The notes: generated from the sequence alone by a model not told the origin. 64,000 nucleotides of DNA from a virus (IMGVR_UViG_651703101_000001:96001-160000), one strand, 5' to 3'; shown: positions 39,859-51,652, numbered from the stretch's first letter. Translations and numbers: made by a program.

Positions 39859-40236
39859 ATGAGACGAAAACTTGTAGAGTTTGTGGCATCCCTTCTACAT
39901 GTAGAAGTAACATTCCCTCCAAAGAAAGAGGCATGGGTCGAACCTAAGAATCGTGAGTGTAGATTTGCAAAAGAAGTCATGCATAGTGGAGAAGTATTCT
40001 GGTACGTGGAAGAATACTTCAAATCACGAAGTGAATGTGAATTAAATGTCCCTTCTGTCGCTCATGAATTGTATGAAAAATGTCAAAGTAGAACTAACGG
40101 GAAGTTAGATGATCGTGTTTGGTTTTGGGCCAGACATCCCAAAAGATGCAATTCAATGGAAGATGCAATTGAGTATCTAAATAACAAAATCAAGAAAAAA
40201 GTTCCATTGGAAGTTTCATACATCAAAGTCGAATAA
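39859..40236 (+). CDS. hypothetical protein
   Basis: ATG (MRRKLV) downstream of tRNA-Val. Confidence 0.55.
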   Translation: MRRKLVEFVASLLHVEVTFPPKKEAWVEPKNRECRFAKEVMHSGEVFWYVEEYFKSRSECELNVPSVAHELYEKCQSRTNGKLDDRVWFWARHPKRCNSMEDAIEYLNNKIKKKVPLEVSYIKVE

Positions 40237-40451
40237 TTTATGTTATTTCAACCAAAATACATTAATCCACTTGAAAAACTTTCCGCTGGTTGGTGGTGGG
40301 TCGGTCAAACCATTGAAGAATGGTTCCGAACTATGATGAGTGAAGATGGTGAATTTTTTAACTATCTTAATTCTGATTATGTTGGTTATCTGGAAGAAAT
40401 GAATAGAATGTAATTCTGATAGTCCTCAATATGACTATAAACTGTTGACAT

Positions 40452-40575
40452 ATTCCTTAGTTAAATATAGGAACAAAAACCATGTTCGATTCATGGGATG
40501 ATTGGTATCTGGGCGGTTCGATTCCGTTTTAAGTTATGGTAACTAGGAAGGTTCAAATCCTTCTAACTAGGGAAT
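40452..40575 (+). ncRNA. RNA with three T-arm hairpins in a 12-bp closing stem
   Basis: CATG-TTCGATT-CATG, GGCGG-TTCGATT-CCGTT and GAAGG-TTCAAAT-CCTTC inside ATTCCTTAGTTA/TAACTAGGGAAT. Confidence 0.65.
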
Positions 40576-40578
40576 TTT

Positions 40579-40663
40579 GGAAGTGTGGCAGAGCGGCTAA
40601 TTGCAGTTGTTTGCTAAACAACCGGGCTAATAACCCACACAGGTTCAAATCCTGTCACTTCCG
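40579..40663 (+). tRNA. tRNA-Ser(GCT)
   Basis: Loop TTGCTAA, long variable arm, G73. Confidence 0.88.
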
Positions 40664-40667
40664 CTTT

Positions 40668-40759
40668 GGTGAGTTGTCCGAGAGGCTTATGGTGCGATCT
40701 TGGAAAGATCGTGTGTGAGATTGTATCAAGCACCAGAGGTTCAAATCCTCTACTCACCG
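40668..40759 (+). tRNA. tRNA-Ser(GGA)
   Basis: Loop TTGGAAA, long variable arm, G73. Confidence 0.88.
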
Positions 40760-40778
40760 TTTTAACAATTAAATTATT

Positions 40779-43023
40779 ATGTCAAATAAAGAATGTAATA
40801 ATTGCAGACATGTGATTCTATCATCCAGTAAATGGGACAACAGGCACCACAATAGATGTAGAAAAAATACTTGGTACAATCCAGAAGCTTGTAATTTGAT
40901 TCTAAATCATCCTGATATTTACCATAGTTGTAGCCATGAGAATTATATTCATTGGGGCCCCAAACTCAATCTATGGGAACGAATTAGGAGTAGAAAATGA
41001 TTTTAGAGTCTATGACTCTAGGCACTGGGATCATACAAATAATTGTTGGTTTTAACACTAAAGGACAGTTGAAGAACTGTCCCAAAGGACCCCTCCGGGG
41101 TCCTTTTCTGTGTTACTCTGTAAGAGTAACTAAGGGATTAAGGTCGTGATCATGAGTGTTCCTTCCGCAGGACCAAATTATGTCACTTGGCGAGAATTCT
41201 TCATTAGGTCTCCGTTTGTGACACAAGAAGAAATTGATCAGGTTCAGGAACTAGGTTGGGCTCACGTGGCTAACCTCTACCGACAACATTCTGCTGGCAT
41301 TCAAGCACAACTTCAAGACAATGTATACTGATGACTGAAAAAGACTTACTACTTAGACTAGAACGTATTTGTCAAACATATATTGATATTAATGAAAACT
41401 TTTGGGAAGAAAATGATCTTAGTCGCGACGAGGCGGCTGACTGTTTGGTTTACGTCTCAAGTCTGATTAGTGAACCACAATTCGACCGTGAAGATAAAGA
41501 CCAATGGGATGAATTGAAGAGAATTCTCTATCAACGATTGGAGAATAAATCCCCCCAAACAATGTTTGAACTTTCCTTGGGACTTCCTGAGGATTGTGGC
41601 ACAGTTGTTCTGGATGAAATGGTCTATGGTCGTATGTATCAAGATGATTGTTATCGTATTGGATTGAGGAAATGAACTATTACATTCTATGTGTTGACAA
41701 GGATGACGGAGGACTTGAAATCCTCACTGATGAACAAGGAATGACCAACTGGATCTTCTATAGTCTCACAGAACTGGAAGAAGGTGTGAAAGAGGCGATC
41801 ACGATTCTCAAAGATCGACTGACCTTCGGTCAGTCTTATTCTGATGTCGATCATAAGTTGACTGTGTTGGAGTCTAAGTCTTGTATCAACGGACTTATCA
41901 TCGAAAACTATGTCACTGAGGTTCGATTGAAGATGGAACAGGAAAAGGAAGAAAAGGAAAGACGGCGTAGACTTTATTATCAACTTCGTGCGGAATTCGG
42001 GTGATGGCTAAACTCAATGCAGGTGTACTTAGGGACCAACTCCATCAACGGAATTGGGAACTTCATTGTGCCAAACAACAAATCAAGTTCCAAGAGCTTC
42101 TTCGTCGAATTGAAAACTTGACAGAGTGTAACTTTGAAGAGTTTATTGATCGGGAAGTTGTCGGATTCATTCTTCGGAATGATGGATTCTACTTTCCAGT
42201 CGCGGAAAGTATCACTCAATCCGGTCAAGGTATTGGTAAATTCGCGAGCCAATGGGGATGACTATTACTGACGTTTCAAATCGACTCTTTACCATTCTGA
42301 ACAAATTTCGTCGTACTGATGATTTTGGTGAAGTGTTGGGGAATACTGTTCATGGGGATCTTATGGAATTGATTGGACAGTATGGTAAATCCCAATACAA
42401 ACTGGGATATAAAGAAGGTTGTGAAGATTCCGACCCTACACCTTGGACAAAATAATGACTATTAACAATTTGGATGATGCCGCAAGGGCAACAAATGATC
42501 TTCTTAAATACCATCGCGATTGTGACATGATGGGAGTCGATATCTCCCATCGTCTTTTTAAAGATCTTATAGAAATTATGAAAAAGTACGGAGAATCCCA
42601 GTATAGAGTTGGGTATAAATCCGGTTGTGATGATACAATGGTGTAATTATGCAACTGACTATTAATTGTAACCCTTACACGGGTTTATATGTGTGGTCTA
42701 TCTATGATGGACCTGACGGAGTTGATGAAGGTCATGGCACTGCACGTACTCTTAGTGAGGCCTATGAGCAGGTTATCATCTGGAGGAATAATAACGCCAA
42801 ACAGTATCTATAATAACCCATGCGTAAATGTAAAGTCTGTAATGGCCCTATGAGTGTAGGAGTTGCCTTATCAGATAAAGAGGGGCACTTTTACACTGAA
42901 ATCGGAATCGCCCCCATCGACCAAACATTAACCATAGAATCTATGAGACTTTCAGAAGTCTATAAGTGTGTCGATTGTGGTCATAGTGAACCTTTGGTGG
43001 CCAGAGAATTTTTCTATAAATAG
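40779..43023 (+). other. run of small hypothetical early ORFs
   Basis: Overlapping 60-120 aa ORFs, most of them behind the palindrome promoter at 41063-41082. Confidence 0.55.
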
Positions 43024-43044
43024 AAGGGTAAATAATCCATCCTA

Positions 43045-43440
43045 ATGAAAACCTTTGATGAGTTTCTAACAGAAGGTACACCAAAACCTCACGATGAGGT
43101 AATGAAAACCATCAGTAATAACTGGAATAAGAAGAACAAAGGATCCAACTTCAATGTTCAACATAGACCAGCTACTTCTGATGGTAAGCAAAAGGAACAC
43201 ATCTACCTTGGTTTAATTGATGTTAAACCTGAGGCCAGAGGTAAAGGAATGGGTAAGCGATTCACCAAAGGTGTAACAAAATACGCTGACAAGAATAAAC
43301 TTCCTGTTAGTGTAAAGCCAGGCCCAGAAAAAGGTAGAGAAAAAGACCTAGATAGGTTTTACAGAAATTTCGGATTTAAAGATAATAAAAAGAAAGATAT
43401 CGCACCACATCCGATGATACGAAAGCCAAAGGACAGTTGA
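43045..43440 (+). CDS. GNAT acetyltransferase
   Basis: VKPEARGKGMG acetyl-CoA motif, FYRNFGF; TATAAATA late promoter at 43015-43022. Confidence 0.75.
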   Translation: MKTFDEFLTEGTPKPHDEVMKTISNNWNKKNKGSNFNVQHRPATSDGKQKEHIYLGLIDVKPEARGKGMGKRFTKGVTKYADKNKLPVSVKPGPEKGREKDLDRFYRNFGFKDNKKKDIAPHPMIRKPKDS

Positions 43441-43589
43441 GAGACTGGCACAAACCCCTTGACTTCCCCGGTAAGATCGGTTACTCTTTATAAAGGTTGA
43501 GCTCAACCTTTAGTAATTGAGAGTTCAGAAGTGTCGATTGGTAGGCCACCAGTCACGTACTTCTCTCAACCTACTAAATAAAACACACC

Positions 43590-43660
43590 GGCTCTATAGT
43601 TCAACGGCAGAACAGGAGATTCATACCCTCCATATGGAAGTTCAATTCTTCCTAGAGTCA
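43590..43660 (+). tRNA. tRNA-Met(CAT) (or Ile2)
   Basis: Cloverleaf, loop TTCATAC. Confidence 0.8.
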
Positions 43661-43661
43661 T

Positions 43662-43735
43662 GTGTAGGTAGAATAATTGGTTAATTCACCAGCCTGTGAA
43701 GCTGGTTTATGCGAGTTCAAGTCTCGTCCTACACC
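43662..43735 (+). tRNA. tRNA-His(GTG)
   Basis: Loop CTGTGAA, C73. Confidence 0.88.
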
Positions 43736-43738
43736 CCA

Positions 43739-43810
43739 GCCCGCATAGTTCAGAGGCAGAACGCCAACTTGGTAAGTTGGAAGTCGTGAGTTCAATTCTC
43801 ACTGTGGGCT
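43739..43810 (+). tRNA. tRNA-Thr(GGT)
   Basis: Cloverleaf, loop TTGGTAA. Confidence 0.9.
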
Positions 43811-45064
43811 TTAGTTAGTGAAAACTAACACAACTATTTATTTATTTGTTATGACACGAGGCGTTTATCATTTTTATCAAGACTTCGGCCGCCCTGGCTC
43901 CCTTGATGGTGTCTTTGTCGCCGACATTGAACAAGTCGAAAAGGTATACGGACTCCAGGCTTACTTCGGTGAAGTTCTAGGTAAACATTCCGAAGTCTAT
44001 TGTGAAGTCACACCGGACAACCTGAAACTCATCACGGATGAACCCTCTGATGTTGAGGTGTTCGACCGTTACAACATCAATGTTGGTTATAACCCACTGG
44101 ACTATGTTGACTTCGATGAAGATGATGAGGAATGGGACGAAGAAGATGAAGGTAAAAGTCCATTGGAAATCACAAAGGAAAGTATGGAACTTGTCCTGCG
44201 TTCGATGGTGACAACTCTTCAGAGAACGGACCTTAGTGATTCTAAAGATCCTGTGTGACAGTCCACAAACTGTCACACGTTTTTCCCGTTCGTCAACCAC
44301 GCACCCCATAATAAAAGAACACAAGAGGGAGGGCCCAATGGATTATCAAACCAAAGTCACCCGATTCCCCAATGGATTCGGTTGCCGAATCTTCCTCAAT
44401 GATGTTCTCATTGTGGAGGGCCGATCCCCTTCCAAGGAACTGATTGGTCCTACATTCCGTGACCTGTTCCGAACCCTGGATAAAATGGGTGGAAACAAAC
44501 AGACTTCCGAGATTCGTAAACGGAAGTTCAAGGAAGGAAACCAATGTGTCTCTGTGAAACACATTTGGCACTACAATCCTGGGATCATCTACCCATAACC
44601 TGTGTGCCGGTCAAGGAACTGGCACACAGACTCACCACACGGGTCCAAACCCTGTTAAGCTAGCTAAGTGATCGAGACAGACCAATGAAACTTCAAATCT
44701 TCGTTACAACTCCCCTTGGAGTTGTAACGAGTCTTACTCAAGAGGTGACTCAAGATGAACATGATGGTCTCCATGACCTTCTCAAACGTTCTGATCTTAC
44801 CTATTTCACTTTCAAAGATGAAATGGGTGATGTAGTCCACCTACCGGAGAATGTAGTCAAGAACTCCATTTTCCAACTACGAATCCTCAAATAATGTAAC
44901 ACGCCCGACCATGGGTGGCACCGGGGAGGTTCACTAGATAAAGTAAATCGGGTCGTAGTCAAAGGTCTGAACCCCTGAGACTAGCTGATGGTTGAAACGT
45001 CTTGCCCTATTAGGTGGTTGGATCATTCCCAACTCGGGTATACCTTTAACAATAGAAGATTATC

Positions 45065-45232
45065 TAGGGGAGAGGCGGTGCAATGCTCTCCACCATGAAA
45101 CTAGGTTGTGCCCCGTGGGTCGGACCACGCCCGCAGATCAAAGTCGTGGATAGGAGGAAATAGGTGAGGCCACACCTATGTATGGGAGTCATGACCCAGT
45201 ACGTCGTAGGGTTCAAATCCCTACCTTCCCTA
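45065..45232 (+). ncRNA. tRNA-like-domain RNA with ~130-nt structured insert
   Basis: TAGGGGAG/CTTCCCTA closing stem next to T arm TAGGG-TTCAAAT-CCCTA; internal hairpins. Confidence 0.6.
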
Positions 45233-45267
45233 ATTAGTCCTCTATTGTTTGACTAAATAAAACACAT

Positions 45268-45341
45268 GCTGATGTAGCTCAATCTGGCAGAGCAGGTACC
45301 TTGTAAGTATCAGGTTGCGGGTTCAATTCCTGTCATCAGCT
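45268..45341 (+). tRNA. tRNA-Thr(TGT)
   Basis: Cloverleaf, loop CTTGTAA. Confidence 0.9.
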
Positions 45342-45516
45342 TTTACTGAGAGTAATTAACTCAGTAAATTGGAACGGTTCGCTACCGAGGTGTTCATGAC
45401 ACCTACCCGTTGAGGGATGTCCAATAAAACTAAAGATGGTCCATTTATCGTCAAGGCGATCACAATCAGCTGAGAAGGTTAGACCTCGGTGGACCAACTT
45501 TAAACATAATTTATAA

Positions 45517-45587
45517 TCTGGAGTCGTCTAATGGCAGGACACGGCGCTTTGAACGCTTCAATGTGGGTTCGATCCCTACCTCCAGAA
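45517..45587 (+). tRNA. tRNA-Gln(TTG)
   Basis: Cloverleaf, loop CTTTGAA. Confidence 0.88.
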
Positions 45588-45838
45588 TTGTCCATCCTTT
45601 CTTTATGACTAAGGCTTTTAAAATTGAAGTTCTTGTAGTTGATCTTGAAAACGTTGGTGAAGATGAAATCTGTTCTCTCATTGAGAATGCACGATACATT
45701 TATCCCAATGTTCTAAAAGTACAATCGGTGGATGTTGGGGAATGGTCGGATAATCATCCTCTCAATAAAAGAGATTCTTGGAAAGAAGAAGTCGAAAGAC
45801 TGTTTCCTAAGACCTGAGTAAGTCTATAAACTACGAAT

Positions 45839-45912
45839 GGGTGTGTAACTCAATTAGGCAGAGTAGCTGGCTCTTACCCAGTAAGTTGCAGGTTCGATTC
45901 CTGTCACACCCA
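45839..45912 (+). tRNA. tRNA-Lys(CTT)
   Basis: Cloverleaf, loop CTCTTAC. Confidence 0.9.
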
Positions 45913-46049
45913 TTCAAAATGTGCCCGTTGATCACGGATGGTCTCTGCAGAGCAAGGGTTTGATTCCCAGCACATTTTGATCCTAATGAAGATGGCTCTA
46001 TGGTGGATTGCCGTCTGGATTGCAACCAGATCCCAAGTCTTCATTTTTC

Positions 46050-46123
46050 GTCTCAGTCGCCAAGTGGCCTAAGGCTCTGGATTGCAAACCCAGTATTCGT
46101 CGGTTCAAATCCGACCTGAGACT
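46050..46123 (+). tRNA. tRNA-Cys(GCA)
   Basis: Loop TTGCAAA, U73. Confidence 0.88.
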
Positions 46124-46785
46124 TTTACTTATTTGTTATGAAAAACTTTTACAGTTCCTATCCTTACTGTGATCTTGTCCCATTTGATGTACGGTTGGAA
46201 CGTCAAATTGACACGGAGTTTAGAAAGAAACCAACATGGTCACTTTGGGTGTTTCGGCGTATGTTAAATCAGCCTGATAAGTACGATTCTGATGTGTTGA
46301 ATTTCCTACGACCGTTCGTTGAAGAACACAAACATTTCTTGGAAGAATGACTAAACCTATTTCTATTCTGGTTGAGAACCGTGAGGTCTTCGCCAAACTG
46401 AACTATCTTCGCGACATGGCCTACTGGAATGATACAGGGCCCTGGGATGAAGAAAAAGAACTTTATATGCAAGAAGCTAATTGTGAAGAAGTCTTGAATG
46501 GTTATGTCCTCACTGTTGCCGATATTGATTCTATCCTTTCTTTGGTGCAATGACCACTACCGAACTGATTGAATTCCTGGCAGAGTATCCTGGGGTTCCT
46601 GTTTACATTGAGTCTGGGCCTGCAGCGGGCCCACATCCATTCAAAATGGAGAACATCAGAGTTTGTTACGCGGTCATCTCTACTCTCAACACTAGACCAT
46701 TCTACGGATCTCTACATGAACTGATGTTTGAGTCGGAATTCGAGCGTCACGAAATCACTGACATTATCATTCTTCGAGCTCCCGA

Positions 46786-47667
46786 ATGAAAATTATCAAA
46801 CCTATGTTGGCGGGGAACTTTGATCCTAAGAAGGCTAAGTTCCCCTATTGTGCGACACCGAAGATTGACGGAATTCGATTCCTGATGGTGAACGGTCGTG
46901 CACTTTCCCGAACATTTAAACCAATCAGAAACGAATATATTCAAAAACTACTATCGAAACATCTTCCTGATGGAATTGATGGTGAATTGACATGTGGTGA
47001 CACATTCCAGTCATCAACTTCTGCGATTATGAGAATTGCAGGAGAACCGGACTTCAAGGCCTGGATCTTCGATTATGTCGATCCCGATTCAACTTCGATC
47101 CTTCCATTCATTGAAAGGTTTGATCAGATTAGTGATATCATCTATAATGGCCCTATTCCCTTCAAACATCAAGTTCTGGGTCAGTCTATCCTCTACAACA
47201 TAGATGATCTGAACAGATATGAAGAGGCCTGCCTCAATGAGGGTTATGAAGGTGTGATGTTGAGAGATCCTTACGGAACCTATAAATTCGGTCGTTCTTC
47301 TACAAACGAAGGAATCCTCCTCAAAGTCAAACGGTTTGAAGACGCAGAAGCAACAGTGATCCGAATTGATGAAAAGATGAGTAATCAGAATATCGCCGAG
47401 AAAGACAACTTCGGGCGAACCAAAAGATCGTCATGTCTGGATGGGATGGTCCCGATGGAAACAACCGGAGCCCTATTCGTCAGAAACAGTGATGGTTTGG
47501 AGTTCTCAATCGGATCTGGTCTGAATGACGAAATGAGGGATGAAATCTGGAAAAACAAATCTTCTTACATCGGTAAACTTGTCAAATATAAGTATTTTCC
47601 CCAAGGTGTAAAGGACCTTCCACGTCATCCTGTTTTCCTAGGATTTCGTGATCCCGATGATATGTGA
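46786..47667 (+). CDS. lig: minimal ATP-dependent DNA ligase (Chlorella virus type)
   Basis: TPKIDGIR, DGEL, EGVMLR, LLKVK, PRHPVF. Confidence 0.95.
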   Translation: MKIIKPMLAGNFDPKKAKFPYCATPKIDGIRFLMVNGRALSRTFKPIRNEYIQKLLSKHLPDGIDGELTCGDTFQSSTSAIMRIAGEPDFKAWIFDYVDPDSTSILPFIERFDQISDIIYNGPIPFKHQVLGQSILYNIDDLNRYEEACLNEGYEGVMLRDPYGTYKFGRSSTNEGILLKVKRFEDAEATVIRIDEKMSNQNIAEKDNFGRTKRSSCLDGMVPMETTGALFVRNSDGLEFSIGSGLNDEMRDEIWKNKSSYIGKLVKYKYFPQGVKDLPRHPVFLGFRDPDDM

Positions 47668-49009
47668 CAGTCAAGAAACTGTCACATCGGACTCCACGGA
47701 AGTCCGATCTATGGTAGAGTAGCTTTACTTTCAAAGAAAAAACAATGTTTGACGTGTTTGATGAAGACTATCAAGCCAGAGTTGAACTAACATCTTCGTT
47801 GGGTCATCTTCTCAGACTCGATCTTGAGGCCAAGAGTGTCCTGTTGAAGAAATTCAAGTTGATTGACTCCAATCGAGAACTTGTCAACTCTCTCCCTGAA
47901 ATCTTGGAATCCTATTTCTGATTATGACCACTATTCAACTGAATTGGAGTGATTTTTACGATTTGATGGAAGACATGGAACTTGAGGATGACTATGAAAA
48001 GTTTGAAAAACTTTTAGTGAATATGTTTGAAAACCAGTTTTCCACCAAATTTGAAATTGATTGGATGGACTGATCTGATGAAAAACAAAAACTTTGTTAA
48101 AGGTGTAAACATTATCGCCAATTATTTGAATGGTGACAGTTATGACCTTGCTGCTGAACATGATAAAGTCTTCTTTGGTCTGGTAGACGATGTTACTGAC
48201 CCCGAAGATATTAAAGAACTTGAACGATTGGGTTGGTTTGAAGAATTTGATTCCTGGGCATGTAATGTATGAGACTAACTAACACCGAACAAGCGCAACA
48301 TCTAACTGAATACTTTGAGAATCTTCCCCGTGAGATTCAATCTCGTCTTTTTGTAGTGATGTTCAACCGTCTCCAAGAAATGGAAGAGGTCAACTGTTAT
48401 GTCCGAGACGATGAAGACGATCCTGATTATGGTGAATTTTCGGCATATTGGGCCCATTGTGGTGAAGACCTCAAGGATGGTTTAGACTGATGATTCTTTT
48501 AAAAGATTATGACTGACACACTACACATTTATAGTCAGTATGCCCATCACGACAATGCATATATTGCTGGTGACAAAGGAGCCCTAATTCGACTAAGGGA
48601 TCTTATTGATCTTGCAATTGCAAGTGATGTGGAGGGGATGAACTTCTTCACTAATGATGGTGAAGGATTCACAACTTATGTCTATTGTCTACCGACAGAA
48701 ACTATGGATAAGTTGTCAACTCCATACACTGCAGAATATGCACAAGACTATCGTCAGTTCTATCCTTGGAATGTCAAACTATGAAAAACGCATTACCTCT
48801 CAACACTCTTATTCGTATTAACGATACTGAACCTTTCGGAAATGTTGTAGGTCGTATTGTAGGAGTTGCAACAGAGGATCAACCGGTTATTGGAAGATCG
48901 TACATCATCGAACCTGTGTCTATGGATGAATTTCCTTGTGATGTTTATCCTTATACTCATTTTGTTTCTTTTGCATGTTCATTCAATGTGATCTAAATAG
49001 ATCACACAA

Positions 49010-49084
49010 GCCCGTGTAGCGCAATTGGTAGGAGGCAGCACATTCAAAACGTGCACAGTGTGGGTTCAAATCCCTCCACGGGTA
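49010..49084 (+). tRNA. tRNA-Leu(CAA), short variable arm
   Basis: Loop TTCAAAA, Leu-type D arm, 5-nt variable region. Confidence 0.8.
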
Positions 49085-49140
49085 TTGGTCGTCAGAACAG
49101 GTGTTCAGAAATTACTAAATACTATTTTCTGAACACCTCT

Positions 49141-49599
49141 ATTAATAGGCCAAAATGGACTCAAGAACAATTCGACGAGGCAATTAAAGCGGTAGCTAAT
49201 AATGATAGTTGGTCTAATGTCGCGAAATCTCTAGGGTTGGGTAGATCATCTAATACTAAAATTAAGAAAAGACTACAGCATCTAAATTTAGATACCTCAC
49301 ATTTTAGAATCTCTGGACACAAACCCCAAGACTTAAATGAAATTCTTACGAATACCTCTGACCTCCGCGGAGGCCATAAACTAAAATTAAGACTATTTCG
49401 TGAAGGTGTGTTTGAACCAAAATGTTACAAGTGTGGAATAACCACTTGGAACGATAAACCAGCTCCACTAGAAATAGAACATATCAATGGGATCGGAACG
49501 GACAATCGAATAGAAAATCTTACAATTCTATGTCCTAATTGTCACGCCCAAACCTCAACATATAGAGGAAAGAATAAAGGTAAGAACATGGGGGTATGA
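49141..49599 (+). mobile_element. HNH homing endonuclease between tRNA genes (start uncertain)
   Basis: CYKC...LEIEHING..TDNRIENLTILCPNCHAQT; N-terminal HTH-like segment. Confidence 0.8.
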
Positions 49600-49678
49600 T
49601 GTATGGAGCATCGTGGGGTTTATATTCCCAAGCGCACCCGATTAGTGCCGTGTTAGGGTTCGATTCCCTATACCCCTA
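49590..49678 (+). tRNA. tRNA-Ile(TAT)-like with long variable arm
   Basis: Loop TTTATAT, TAGGG-TTCGATT-CCCTA T arm, atypical D arm. Confidence 0.65.
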
Positions 49679-50892
49679 CTTTACATAATTCTTTCCGCCA
49701 GATTAGCGGCTTTGGCAGGGATCGTTACCCTGGGCGACTACTTAAACAATCTTTATTATGGACAAGAAACTCATTCAAAATATTGACGAATATCGTCAAT
49801 GGGCATGGGATCTTTATATTGAATCGAATGAAAACTATCATGTAGAACAGTGTTTAGGATTAGAACCTATTCATGATTGTTGGGATAGTATTGAGAATGA
49901 AGATGGATCATTCACTGATTTCAATGAAGATGGAAGTGTTATTGTACCAGACACTGCAGAAACAGTAGAACTACAACAGTGGGTTACTGAAATTAAGTTT
50001 CCTTGTATTTTCATCTACCTCTTTGAGGATACTTGGGACCGGTTTGGATCTGTAAAGACCTACATTCTTGATTATATTTCTATAGAAGATTTCACTGTGA
50101 CAACTGAATAACTGGCACACAGGACCCTAAAGGGTCCTTTTTCATGTTATAGTCTTACTATCAAATCAAAGAGGTGGCAAATGCCATGTAACTCTGACTA
50201 CCTAGACGCCAACGGCTGGGAGCAACAAATCAGTAAAGTCGCATGTCTGCATGACGAACTGGATGGTAAACCTCACAACAAATCACATTGGGCTGGGTTT
50301 CATCCTTCCGTTTATTGTAAAGGTCTAACCAGAGAACAAGGTGATGAAATGGTAGCAGATTTGTGTTACCGTCTTCAACACACTGATGTCAGTAAACTCA
50401 GTCTTGAGGCCCAAATGTGGTGGAGAGATCACATGGAGGCTGACAAACGCAGAGTTCTCAATGATATGAAAGTTGCAAGAGAACAAGAAGATAAGAAGGC
50501 ACTTCTTGATAGACTGACACCATACGAAAAACAATTACTGGGTTTGTGAGTCGGAAGCCACAAGTTGAAGTGGCACGGTAAAGTACCGGTACGGCCAGAA
50601 AGGTGGTATGATGTTAACATCGAATCAAGGAACCGGCACTTATGAAAACTTCTACGACAGTTGAAACCATTTTTTCTGTTCATTTGACCACAGAAGAAAC
50701 TCAATATCTAGTTGATGAATGGAGAAAGGTTCGTGGACAACTGGGATCCGATGTTCCGTATATGAAGGAACTAATGGAAAAACTTATTGGTGTTTATCCT
50801 TATTGAAATCATGGCTCCTCTTTTTGTTATGGCCGTCCTCTTTTTTGTTCTTCGGCCTTTCTGAATAAATAGAAGTAAACTCTTTTCTTATC

Positions 50893-51363
50893 ATGGACCA
50901 CATTGAACCGCATTCTACCGTTCTGGTTCTGAATTCAGACTATAATCCTATTAACATTACCACTTGGAAAAGAGCTGTTCTTCTTCTTGTTAAACAGAAG
51001 GCACACATCATTTCTTCTAAGGTAATTCGTCTGGTTCACTACATCAAACTGCCTTACTCAAGGCTGATGGCAAACCACCCAACTCGTGCTCTTATCTACA
51101 AGCGTGACGACTACACTTGTGGTTACTGTGGTGCGAAGGAAGGTCTGACACTTGACCACATCATTCCACAATCCAAAGGTGGCCAAGACACTTGGGAAAA
51201 CTTGGTAACTTGTTGCCTCAAGTGTAACCTCAAGAAAGGTGACAAGATGTTGAGTGAAACTAACATGAAGCTCAACGTTGTTCCGCGAGCACCTTACAAC
51301 AAAATGACCCTGACTCTGAAGAAGTCTGGTGTCAAACAGTGGATCGATTACTGCTACGGGTGA
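50893..51363 (+). CDS. HNH endonuclease (McrA-like)
   Basis: VLVLN..Y.P, RDDYTCGYCG, TLDHIIPQSKGG..TWENLVTCC.KCN.KKG. Confidence 0.9.
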   Translation: MDHIEPHSTVLVLNSDYNPINITTWKRAVLLLVKQKAHIISSKVIRLVHYIKLPYSRLMANHPTRALIYKRDDYTCGYCGAKEGLTLDHIIPQSKGGQDTWENLVTCCLKCNLKKGDKMLSETNMKLNVVPRAPYNKMTLTLKKSGVKQWIDYCYG

Positions 51364-51397
51364 GTCAACTCACCCTTTTCTTTCTCTATTAAATACC

Positions 51398-51652
51398 ATG
51401 CGTCCTATTGTTTTCGTTATTGTTCTCAGTCTTGCCTTTGGTCTGAGTTCTTGCACTCAACCTGATCGAGCATTTTTCACTCTACAAGATCAAGGATATA
51501 CTGAAATTAAAATCGGTGGATATGGATTTCTTCGTTGTAGTGAAGACGACAACTTCGCAACCAACTTCACTGCAGTGAATGCCAATGGATCCCGTGTTTC
51601 TGGAACTGTTTGTTCTGGACTCTTTAAGGGTTCCACTATCCGTTTTGACTGA
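51398..51652 (+). CDS. small lipoprotein
   Basis: Hydrophobic signal with lipobox LSSC. Confidence 0.65.
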   Translation: MRPIVFVIVLSLAFGLSSCTQPDRAFFTLQDQGYTEIKIGGYGFLRCSEDDNFATNFTAVNANGSRVSGTVCSGLFKGSTIRFD

